Below are positions 45,254 to 52,753 of a DNA stretch of 64,000 bases, piece after piece. The DNA lies in assembly GCA_964495385.1 (NCBI GenBank), contig CAZBVO010000006.1, positions 8,257 to 72,256 on the forward strand. The letters are read 5' to 3'. The DNA comes from an uncultured Faecalibacterium sp. GTDB taxonomy: Bacteria; Bacillota; Clostridia; Christensenellales; CAG-917. The position numbers were made by a program, and so were the translations under genes. Position 1 is the stretch's first letter. Every line of letters starts with the position of its first letter. Below the pieces are notes generated by a model that saw only the letters and a program-made list of their open reading frames with translations, ran no database searches and was not told the origin of the DNA.

Positions 45254-45970
45254 ATGGAAAAAATTATTACTTACGAAACTTTGAGAAGTTATGCTTATTC
45301 GAACGACCGTTTGATACGCGGCGACATAAATGGAATAGTGCTCAATTTTTACGGACTGGGCGATATGTCTATGCACGACAACGATCCGGGTGACGCTTTG
45401 GATTTTGCCGAGAAGGGAATAATTTACGTTATGCCTTACTATAATCCGTGGGCGTGGATGAACAAACAGACAGTTGAGTACGTCGATGAAATAATAGCCG
45501 TGCTGTGCGACAAGTACAACTTAGACTCTTCCGTCAAAATTGTTTCCACCGGCGGTTCGATGGGCGGGCTTTCGGCGCTTGTTTACTGTCGTTATGCCAA
45601 GATAACTCCGTGCGCCTGCGTTGCAAATTGCCCTGTTTGCGATTTGCCGTATCATTTCACCGAACGTCGAGATTTGCCGCGCACGCTATACAGCGCTTTC
45701 GGAGGATATTCCGGCACGATACAGCAAGCACTAAGAAGCTGCTCGCCGCTGCATTTGGTGGATGAAATGCCCGATATTCGCTATACGGTTTTTCATTGCA
45801 CGGGCGACAAAATGGTTGATTACCAAATGCACGGCAAACGTTTTGCCGACGAAATGAAAAAAGGGCATAAAATGGATTTCGTCACCGTACCGTTGCGCGG
45901 ACATTGCGATTTGTCACCGGAGGCATGGTTGGCGTACCGTCATGCTGTTTTAAAAGCGTTCGAGGCATAG
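45254..45970 (+). CDS. alpha/beta-fold hydrolase (serine esterase/peptidase-like)
   Basis: 238 aa. Nucleophile elbow TGGSMGG, then CTGDKMV (Asp) and LRGHCD (His) in triad order. Confidence 0.75.
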   Translation: MEKIITYETLRSYAYSNDRLIRGDINGIVLNFYGLGDMSMHDNDPGDALDFAEKGIIYVMPYYNPWAWMNKQTVEYVDEIIAVLCDKYNLDSSVKIVSTGGSMGGLSALVYCRYAKITPCACVANCPVCDLPYHFTERRDLPRTLYSAFGGYSGTIQQALRSCSPLHLVDEMPDIRYTVFHCTGDKMVDYQMHGKRFADEMKKGHKMDFVTVPLRGHCDLSPEAWLAYRHAVLKAFEA

Positions 45971-46030
45971 GCGGTTTTAAAAAGAGGCAAACGAAAGCAA
46001 GATTTAGGCGCAAAACGTTTTAAAAACCTA

Positions 46031-46062
46031 AGCCCTCGGCAAGTGATTGCCGAGGGCTTTTT
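46031..46062 (+). terminator. intrinsic terminator after the hydrolase gene
   Basis: agccctcggcaa/ttgccgagggct 12-bp stem followed by TTTTT. Confidence 0.75.
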
Positions 46063-46269
46063 GTACTATTATTATAAATAATAAATATACAAACCGATAA
46101 AGGAAAAGGGCATTTAAAACACTTTGTTGTGCTTAGCCTGCAAGCCTGAAAATTTGCAAAATTTATGCAAATTACCACTTTTTATAAAAAAGGCTTTCAA
46201 TGCGTCGAAAAATCGACAAAAACCGCCTTTGTCTGAATTGTTTTTGTATTGTGGTCAAAAATGCAGACA

Positions 46270-46285
46270 CCACAATATATTGTGG
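46270..46285. promoter_or_regulatory. NrdR box 1
   Basis: Perfect 16-bp palindrome CCACAATATATTGTGG, matching the NrdR-box consensus (acaCwAtATaTwGtgt) as I remember it. About 100 nt upstream of nrdD. Confidence 0.8.
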
Positions 46286-46301
46286 TTGTCAAAAAAAGTA
46301 A

Positions 46302-46317
46302 ATACAATATGCTGTAT
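46302..46317. promoter_or_regulatory. NrdR box 2
   Basis: ATACAATATGCTGTAT, an imperfect palindrome of the same type. Its centre lies 32 bp (about three helical turns) from box 1 and it abuts the -35 element. Confidence 0.7.
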
Positions 46318-46321
46318 TTGA

Positions 46322-46351
46322 TTGACAACCGAAGCGGCGTTTTGCTATAAT
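46322..46351 (+). promoter_or_regulatory. putative sigma-A promoter of nrdD
   Basis: TTGACA (46322-46327), 18-nt spacer, TATAAT (46346-46351), 34 nt upstream of the ATG. Confidence 0.6.
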
Positions 46352-46385
46352 CAAAAACGTACATTTCTTCTAAGGAGGGAGCATC

Positions 46386-48773
46386 ATGCTTCAAGTAAAA
46401 AAAAGGGATAATTCCATCGTTCCGTTTGATTTGACGAAAATCGAAAACGCAATTGAAAAAGCGTTTGACGCCGTGGGCAAAAGTTACACCAAAGACATCA
46501 TCGAACTTTTGAGCCTCAAAGTCACGGCGGCGTTTTCCGACAAGGTGTCGGACGGTGTCGTTTCGGTTGAAGACGTTCAGGACAGCGTCGAAGTCGTGCT
46601 TATTCAGGCAAGCTACGTCGACGTTGCAAAAGCTTACATTTTGTACCGCAAACATCACGAAAAGATGCGCAATATGTCGTCGACGGTTTTGGACTACAAG
46701 GAAACCGTTGGCAACTATCTTAAAATAAACGATTGGCGCGTTAAGGAAAATTCCACCGTGACTTATTCGGTGGGCGGCCTTATTTTGTCCAACAGCGGCG
46801 CGATAACCGCAAACTACTGGCTTTCCGAAATCTATGACGAGGAAATCGAAAAGGCTCATCGCAACGCCGACATCCATATTCACGACCTCAGCATGCTCAC
46901 CGGTTACTGCGCAGGCTGGTCCCTCAAACAGCTTATCACCGACGGTCTCGGCGGCATTCCGGGCAAAATTACGAGTTCGCCTGCCGGCCACCTCAGCACG
47001 CTGTGCAATCAGATGGTCAACTTTTTGGGAATCATGCAAAACGAATGGGCAGGTGCGCAGGCATTCAGTTCGTTCGACACCTATCTTGCGCCGTTCGTTA
47101 AGGTTGACAACCTCAGCTATAAAGAGGTTAAACAGTGCATCCAAAGCTTTATATACGGCGTAAACACTCCGTCCAGATGGGGTACGCAGGCTCCGTTCAC
47201 CAACATCACGCTGGACTGGGTTGTTCCTAACGACCTTGCCGAACTCAACGCAATCGTCGGCGGAAAAGAGCAGAACTTCAAATACAAAGACTGCGTCAAA
47301 GAAATGGCGATGGTCAACAAAGCGTTCATCGAAATCATGATCGAAGGCGACGCAAACGGCCGCGGATTTCAGTATCCTATTCCGACCTATTCCATCACTC
47401 GCAATTTCGACTGGTCCGAAACGGAAAACAACAAGCTTTTGTTTGAAATGACGGCAAAATACGGCACTCCGTATTTCAGCAACTACATCAACAGCGACAT
47501 GGAACCTTCGGACGTAAGAAGTATGTGCTGCCGATTGAGGCTGGACCTTAGAGAATTGAGGAAAAAATCGGGCGGCTTTTTCGGAAGCGGCGAATCCACC
47601 GGTTCGGTTGGCGTGGTAACCATCAACATGCCTCGCATCGCCTACCTCGCCAAGGACGAAGCGGACTTTTTCGAGCGTTTGGAAAAATTGATGAATTTGT
47701 CTGCACGCAGCCTCAAAATCAAACGCAACGTTATTTCCAAACTGCTTGATGAGGGCCTCTATCCTTATACAAAGCGTTATCTCGGGACCTTCAACAATCA
47801 CTTCTCCACCATCGGTTTGGTGGGCATGAACGAAGCTTGCCTGAACGCAAAATGGCTCAGAAAAGATTTGACTTGCCCGGAGGCACAGGAATTCACCCAA
47901 AAGACGCTCAACTTCATGCGCAATAAGCTCAGCGATTATCAAGAAGAATACGGCGATTTGTACAACCTCGAGGCAACCCCTGCCGAAAGCACTTCATTCC
48001 GCTTGGCAAAACACGACAGAAAACGTTATCCGGACATCATCACGGCAACCAACAGCGCCGACAAGACACCGTATTACACCAACAGTTCGCACCTTCCGGT
48101 GGGCTACACCGCCGACATATTCGAGGCGTTGGACATTCAGGACGAGTTGCAAACGCTTTACACGTCCGGCACCGTTTTCCATGCGTTCCTCGGGCAGAAG
48201 CTTTCCGATTGGAAGGCCGCGGCAAACCTCGTGAAGAAGATTGCCGAAAACTACAAACTGCCTTATTACACCTTAAGCCCGACTTATTCGATATGTCAGG
48301 AACACGGCTATCTGGAAGGCGAGGTGTACAAGTGCCCTAAATGCGGACGCACAACCGAAGTTTACAGCCGTATTACAGGCTACTACCGTCCTGTTCAAAA
48401 CTGGAACGACGGCAAACTTGAGGAATTTAAAGCCAGAAAGACTTACGATATCCAAAACAGCCATCTGAAGGCGGCCGACCGAGCCACCGCGGCGGCTGAA
48501 AAAATTGAAGAATGCAAGCCTTGCACGGCCGAATTGTTGCTTTTTACCACAAAAACTTGCCCTAATTGTAAAATGGCAAAGGCTATGCTTGCCAAGGCGG
48601 GAATCGAATATACGTCCATAGACGCGCAAGATCAGAAGGACGTAACGTTAAGTTACGGCGTCAAAAAGGCTCCTACTTTGTTGGTCCCTAACGGTGACGG
48701 CTACGACGTTTACGACAACGCAAGCGAAATAAAGAGATTTATCGAAAAACAAGGAGCAGTAAAAAATGCATGA
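46386..48773 (+). CDS. nrdD: anaerobic (class III) ribonucleoside-triphosphate reductase with N-terminal ATP-cone and fused C-terminal CxxC redoxin domain
   Basis: 795 aa. ATP-cone (VKKRDNSIVPFDLTKIENAI), SMCCRLRLDL finger-loop region, Zn ribbon CQEHG...CPKCG, glycyl-radical motif SRITGYYRPV, then LLLFTTKTCPNCKMAKAML. Confidence 0.93.
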   Translation: MLQVKKRDNSIVPFDLTKIENAIEKAFDAVGKSYTKDIIELLSLKVTAAFSDKVSDGVVSVEDVQDSVEVVLIQASYVDVAKAYILYRKHHEKMRNMSSTVLDYKETVGNYLKINDWRVKENSTVTYSVGGLILSNSGAITANYWLSEIYDEEIEKAHRNADIHIHDLSMLTGYCAGWSLKQLITDGLGGIPGKITSSPAGHLSTLCNQMVNFLGIMQNEWAGAQAFSSFDTYLAPFVKVDNLSYKEVKQCIQSFIYGVNTPSRWGTQAPFTNITLDWVVPNDLAELNAIVGGKEQNFKYKDCVKEMAMVNKAFIEIMIEGDANGRGFQYPIPTYSITRNFDWSETENNKLLFEMTAKYGTPYFSNYINSDMEPSDVRSMCCRLRLDLRELRKKSGGFFGSGESTGSVGVVTINMPRIAYLAKDEADFFERLEKLMNLSARSLKIKRNVISKLLDEGLYPYTKRYLGTFNNHFSTIGLVGMNEACLNAKWLRKDLTCPEAQEFTQKTLNFMRNKLSDYQEEYGDLYNLEATPAESTSFRLAKHDRKRYPDIITATNSADKTPYYTNSSHLPVGYTADIFEALDIQDELQTLYTSGTVFHAFLGQKLSDWKAAANLVKKIAENYKLPYYTLSPTYSICQEHGYLEGEVYKCPKCGRTTEVYSRITGYYRPVQNWNDGKLEEFKARKTYDIQNSHLKAADRATAAAEKIEECKPCTAELLLFTTKTCPNCKMAKAMLAKAGIEYTSIDAQDQKDVTLSYGVKKAPTLLVPNGDGYDVYDNASEIKRFIEKQGAVKNA

Positions 48774-49677
48774 CGTCATCGTTATAGGTGCGGGAGTTGC
48801 CGGCATGACTGCGGCCCTCAACGTTTTAAGAGGCGGCAAAAGTGTTTTGGTGTTGGAATCCGAAAGCTTCGGCGGGCAGGTAAGCTTTTCGCCGAGGGTT
48901 GAAAACGTTCCGTCCATAAAACAAATAAGCGGAAGCGAATTTGCCGACAATTTGTTTGAACAAATCACCGACCTCGGTGCCGATGTTGAGCTTGAAAAAG
49001 TGGTTAAAGTTGAAAAAACAGCAGATAAAACGTTTGTTGTGTCAACAGATTACGGCACGCACGTTGCCAAAGCGGTTATAATAGCAACGGGTGTGAAGCA
49101 CCGTCATATAGGCGTTGACAGAGAGGAAGAGCTTGTCGGGCGCGGCGTAAGTTATTGCGCCGTTTGTGACGGAGCGTTTTACGAAGGCGAGGACGTTGCC
49201 TTGATAGGCGATGCAAACACTGCTTTGCAGTACAGCTTGTTGCTGTCCAATTATTGCCGCAAGGTTTACGTGCTGACACTGTTCGATAAGTTTTTTGCCG
49301 ACAAAATTTTGGTTGACAGATTGCGCATGCGCGACAACGTCGAAATTCATCACAATCTTTCGCTTAAGGAATTTTTGGGTGACGACGAGTTGACGGGAAT
49401 TAGACTTGAAAACACCAAGGACGGAAGTGATTTTACGGTAGATTGCAAAGGGTGCTTTATATGCATCGGGCAAATTCCGGACAACAAAGTTTTTGAAAAC
49501 ATAGTAACTTTGGACAAGGCAGGGTACATCGTTGCGGACGAAAGTTGCACCACGGGTACCGACGGTGTGTTTGTGGCAGGCGATTGCCGAACCAAAAAAA
49601 TGCGTCAAATCACCACTGCAGCGGCAGACGGTGCGACGGCGGCTTTTCTTGCCAACAATTATATCGACACGCTTTAA
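48766..49677 (+). CDS. thioredoxin-reductase-like flavoprotein lacking NADPH-binding motifs
   Basis: 303 aa. FAD GxGxxG VIVIGAGVAGMTAA, redox CAVCDG, and C-terminal GVFVAGDC. The NADPH-domain motifs read IGDANTA and TLFDKFFA instead of GGGxxA and HRRxxxR. 8-nt overlap with nrdD. Confidence 0.85.
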   Translation: MHDVIVIGAGVAGMTAALNVLRGGKSVLVLESESFGGQVSFSPRVENVPSIKQISGSEFADNLFEQITDLGADVELEKVVKVEKTADKTFVVSTDYGTHVAKAVIIATGVKHRHIGVDREEELVGRGVSYCAVCDGAFYEGEDVALIGDANTALQYSLLLSNYCRKVYVLTLFDKFFADKILVDRLRMRDNVEIHHNLSLKEFLGDDELTGIRLENTKDGSDFTVDCKGCFICIGQIPDNKVFENIVTLDKAGYIVADESCTTGTDGVFVAGDCRTKKMRQITTAAADGATAAFLANNYIDTL

Positions 49678-49694
49678 GCCATATATTGTATAAA

Positions 49695-49735
49695 AAGACC
49701 GACGAAAATTTCGTCGGTCTTAATTTATTTTTGGT
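49695..49735. terminator. bidirectional terminator (TrxR-like gene / convergent gene)
   Basis: aagaccgacgaaa/tttcgtcggtctt 13-bp stem with A- and T-rich flanks. Confidence 0.65.
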
Positions 49736-49759
49736 TGGTTTGATTTTTTCCGTTTTGAT

Positions 49760-50287
49760 TTATCTTCCGCAGAAAGCGTCCGCAAAGCTTATTTTTCCGC
49801 CCCTGAAAAAGCTGCTTAATCTGCCGAAAACCGCTCCCGTTCCGTTTGTGGTCGAGTCGACGTACATATAGGTCACGCCCGCAATTTTTGCCGTGCGTTC
49901 CAAGCGTTCGGCCACGGTTTTGTCCTCAGGCAGTTTTTGCAGAAGACATATTTTGCTGTTTTTGTAGCTCAATGCCATGTGCTTGAGAAGGCGAGCATAG
50001 TCTTCAAAAAACCTGTCGTCCATAGGTTCGTTTTCGCCAAAGGAAACGAGTATGATGCGAGGATTTAGGTGTTTGAGCGCATCGTCCACAATTTCCGTTG
50101 CCTGACGTACGGTCAAACCTTTCATGCTACGATTGTAAACCGCATAATCGGTTACTCGGCCCTGCATAAGGTCGTAAAAAGGGAAGTCGGACAGATAATC
50201 CGAGCCAAAAACGGCAATTTCTTCTTTGACGGCCATTTCGTTTAAAATTTTGAATCGTTTTGCTGTTTCGCTAAAAATATTTTCCAT
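49760..50287 (-). CDS. hypothetical protein, weak SGNH/GDSL-hydrolase-like
   Basis: 175 aa. IAVFGSDYL and VSFGENE loosely resemble SGNH blocks I and III, but the catalytic order is not canonical. Confidence 0.55.
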   Translation of the reverse strand: MENIFSETAKRFKILNEMAVKEEIAVFGSDYLSDFPFYDLMQGRVTDYAVYNRSMKGLTVRQATEIVDDALKHLNPRIILVSFGENEPMDDRFFEDYARLLKHMALSYKNSKICLLQKLPEDKTVAERLERTAKIAGVTYMYVDSTTNGTGAVFGRLSSFFRGGKISFADAFCGR

Positions 50288-50296
50288 GGTATCACC

Positions 50297-50653
50297 TCAT
50301 GCTTTTGCTTTTGCGGCAACGGGTTGCAGGTCGGCTTTTGCGGATTTTGCGTTGTCGGCGGTTTCTTGGGTGTTGTTCTCTTTGTGTTCTGCCGCTTCGT
50401 TATGCTTGTTTACAATGGACACCGCAAGGTCGGTGGAGACCACTGCAAGGTTCAAAACGTACAGCCAAAAAACGTAGGTTGTGTTGCCGGCGGCCAGTTT
50501 GCTGACGATGCCGCAGACGTAACCTAAGATGATGACCGCGGTAAAAACAAGGCTCTTTCCTTTGGTCGATTTGGATTTGATGCTTTTTACCACGGAAATC
50601 GGCCAGGATATTCCGAAGCAGACAAGCATTAGTACTTCAAAAATTTCAGACAT
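50297..50653 (-). CDS. small 3-helix membrane protein (possible PQ-loop-like) with charged tail
   Basis: 118 aa. Three hydrophobic helices, then NKHNEAAEHKENNTQETADNAKSAKADLQPVAAKAKA. Family assignment is tentative. Confidence 0.5.
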   Translation of the reverse strand: MSEIFEVLMLVCFGISWPISVVKSIKSKSTKGKSLVFTAVIILGYVCGIVSKLAAGNTTYVFWLYVLNLAVVSTDLAVSIVNKHNEAAEHKENNTQETADNAKSAKADLQPVAAKAKA

Positions 50654-50754
50654 AAAAAACTCCTTTTGCTTTCGTTCCCCTGCATTATACGCTTGACAAA
50701 TAATAATGTATAATATATATTTTTTATGTAAACGATAACTTTGAGGTATGAATT

Positions 50755-51621
50755 ATGGAGCTTAATCAACTTAGATATTTTTATGAAGCGGCACGGCTGG
50801 AGCACATAACTCAGGCGGCGGAGAATTTGCACGTCGCACAGCCTGCTTTGACGAAATCCATAAGGGCGCTGGAAGAGGAACTTGGAGTAAAACTTTTTTA
50901 CAAATCGGGCAGACGGGTTAAGCTGACCGATTACGGCAAATTTTTGCTGGAAAAAGCAAAACCGATTTTGGGCGAACTGGACGTTCTGCCTCAAACCATC
51001 GAAAAGTTGGTGGATATGGAACAGCACACCGTTTGGATAAACGTGCTGGCAGGTTCTACTTTTATAACCAACGTTATCATAAAATTTAAAAAACAAAATC
51101 CGGACGTTATTTTCAAAATGACGCAAAAGGAAAACGAGACGGGTTGCGACATTATGGTTCTCACCAACACAAACCGTCCCGACAACACCGTCAAAACCAA
51201 AAAAAGAGGCGTAGTGGAAGAAAAGGTTTTTATTGCCGTGCCTGCCCAGTCCGAGCTTGCCGAAAAAGACGAAATCGACTTGTGGGATTTGAGGTTCAGC
51301 GAGTTTATAACGCTGTCCGGCTCGAGGCGATTCCGTCCGCTGTGCGACGCGTACTGCGCATACGCGGGTTTCAAGCCGCACGTCGTGTTTGAAAGCGACA
51401 GCCTCATTGCCGTCAAAAATCTTATTGCCGCAGGTGTCGGCGTGGCGTTTTGGCCGGAGTTCAGCTGGGGTAAAATCGACAAAAGTCACATGAAACTCGT
51501 GAACATAAAAAACCCCGAATGTCAAAGGGAAATCATCGTTTATTTGACGGACAACCGCACCTCGCCCGTATGTGAAAAGTTTTTTGATTTTTTGCTTTCA
51601 GAACTCAAAAACCGCAGATAA
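50755..51621 (+). CDS. LysR-family transcriptional regulator
   Basis: 288 aa. N-terminal HTH LNQLRYFYEAARLEHITQAAENLHVAQPALTKSIRALEEELGVKLF. Confidence 0.9.
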   Translation: MELNQLRYFYEAARLEHITQAAENLHVAQPALTKSIRALEEELGVKLFYKSGRRVKLTDYGKFLLEKAKPILGELDVLPQTIEKLVDMEQHTVWINVLAGSTFITNVIIKFKKQNPDVIFKMTQKENETGCDIMVLTNTNRPDNTVKTKKRGVVEEKVFIAVPAQSELAEKDEIDLWDLRFSEFITLSGSRRFRPLCDAYCAYAGFKPHVVFESDSLIAVKNLIAAGVGVAFWPEFSWGKIDKSHMKLVNIKNPECQREIIVYLTDNRTSPVCEKFFDFLLSELKNRR

Positions 51622-51643
51622 AGTGTCAAAAACAATCAAAAAA

Positions 51644-51664
51644 AGCCCCGTTTGGGGCTTTTTT
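51644..51664. terminator. bidirectional terminator (lysR-type gene / nrdG)
   Basis: agcccc/ggggct stem flanked by an A7 run and TTTTT. Confidence 0.55.
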
Positions 51665-52352
51665 AATATCCTCGCAATAAGGCGGAAGGGACGTATTTTT
51701 TAAGTGTTTCCAAAAACTTTAGGGCATCGGATTCGTCGACGGCTTCGAGCCCGTCCGAAATGCAGCTGTCGCGAGGGACAAAGCGTTGCAGGTAAAATGC
51801 TTTTGCTCCCTTTAAAAGTTTTCCTATTTTTTCCATATCGTCGGCGGTATGGAAATTTTTCACCAGAGTGGTTCGAAATTCGTAGTCCACTCCGCAGGTC
51901 ATCAAAAAGCGAGCGGTTTCTTCAATTTGTGCCGTGCCGTACAGTTTTAGTCCTGCGGTGACGGCATATTTTTCGGGGCTGTTTTTTACGTCCATGGCCA
52001 CGTAATCGACGAGGCCGCCCGAAACGAGGTCCTTAACCGTGTCCGGGCGTGTGCCGTTGGTGTCCAATTTTGTCAGATAGCCCATCGATTTGACTTTTTC
52101 GAGAAAGGTTTTAAGTTCGGGTTGCAGGGTAGGTTCACCGCCCGAGACGCACACGGCATCCACCAGTCCTTTGCGTTTTTCGAGATAGGAAAATATTTCG
52201 TCCTCTAAAATTTTAGGTTGTTTCGAGTCCAAAACCAGTCCCGAATTGTGGCAAAACGGGCATCGGAAATTGCACCCGGCCGTAAAAACGGTGCAGGTGA
52301 CTTTGTCGGTAAAGTCGACGAGAGAAAATTTTTCCATGCCGCAAATTATCAT
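51663..52352 (-). CDS. nrdG: anaerobic ribonucleotide reductase activating protein (radical SAM)
   Basis: FSLVDFTDKVTCTVFTAGCNFRCPFCHN (CxxxCxxC) and SGGEPTLQ. ATG 52352 follows GAGGTAAAAAA. Confidence 0.9.
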   Translation of the reverse strand: MIICGMEKFSLVDFTDKVTCTVFTAGCNFRCPFCHNSGLVLDSKQPKILEDEIFSYLEKRKGLVDAVCVSGGEPTLQPELKTFLEKVKSMGYLTKLDTNGTRPDTVKDLVSGGLVDYVAMDVKNSPEKYAVTAGLKLYGTAQIEETARFLMTCGVDYEFRTTLVKNFHTADDMEKIGKLLKGAKAFYLQRFVPRDSCISDGLEAVDESDALKFLETLKKYVPSALLRGY

Positions 52353-52541
52353 TTTTTTACCTCTACTTAACCACAATGTCTGTTTATATTATTATACGAT
52401 ATAAAGTCGGCGAAGTAAAGAATTTTTGCCTCAAATCGTCAAATACGAGCCTGCGTTTTGCGCCTAAAACGGCAGGCTTGTTGCACTTTTTTGCATAAAT
52501 AAAAATATTGCCTCAACTTTTTGAAATTGCCGCTTTTTCTG

Positions 52542-52570
52542 TTGACAACCCGGGTTTTTTGTGTTATTTT
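52542..52570 (+). promoter_or_regulatory. putative sigma-A promoter for the xpt leader
   Basis: TTGACA (52542-52547), 17-nt spacer, then TGtTATTTT extended -10. Sits about 30 nt upstream of the riboswitch aptamer. Confidence 0.4.
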
Positions 52571-52597
52571 GTAGGCGTCTTCGGACACAATCGAATA

Positions 52598-52670
52598 CTT
52601 GCCAATATAGGTTTGAACATGACGGCTCAAACGTTTCTACCGCACACCGAAAAAGATGCGACTATTGGAA
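52598..52670 (+). promoter_or_regulatory. purine riboswitch aptamer, guanine/xanthine class
   Basis: CCAAUA-UAG-GUUUGA...UCAAAC-GUUUCUACC-GCA...UGCG-AC-UAUUGG. This has P1 (ccaata/tattgg), the conserved J2/3 GUUUCUACC, and C at the specificity position (ACUAUUGG, 52662). Located upstream of xpt. Confidence 0.85.
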
Positions 52671-52710
52671 CTATCGAAAGGGAGAATCCTCCCTTGAGGT
52701 ATCTGTATTG

Positions 52711-52745
52711 GCAGACAAATTTTTGTCTGCTTTTTTGTTTTTTAA
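52711..52745 (+). terminator. riboswitch expression-platform intrinsic terminator
   Basis: gcagacaaa/tttgtctgc stem followed by TTTTTTGTTTTTT, directly before the xpt RBS. Confidence 0.75.
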
Positions 52746-52753
52746 GGAGTTTT

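Noticed and set aside
46124-46321. A 65-aa plus-strand ORF in the nrdD upstream region.
   Set aside because: It overlaps the NrdR boxes and the promoter, lacks an RBS, and its sequence has no protein-like features.
52508-52753. An N-terminal extension of xpt in the ORF track (start at 52508).
   Set aside because: It would translate through the promoter, the purine riboswitch aptamer and its terminator. ATG 52754 with an AAGGAG RBS gives the canonical MELLERRIL Xpt N-terminus. The same logic was applied to the track starts at 4207, 9809, 16083, 24582, 29812, 41117, 44246, 58407, 60899 and 63054.
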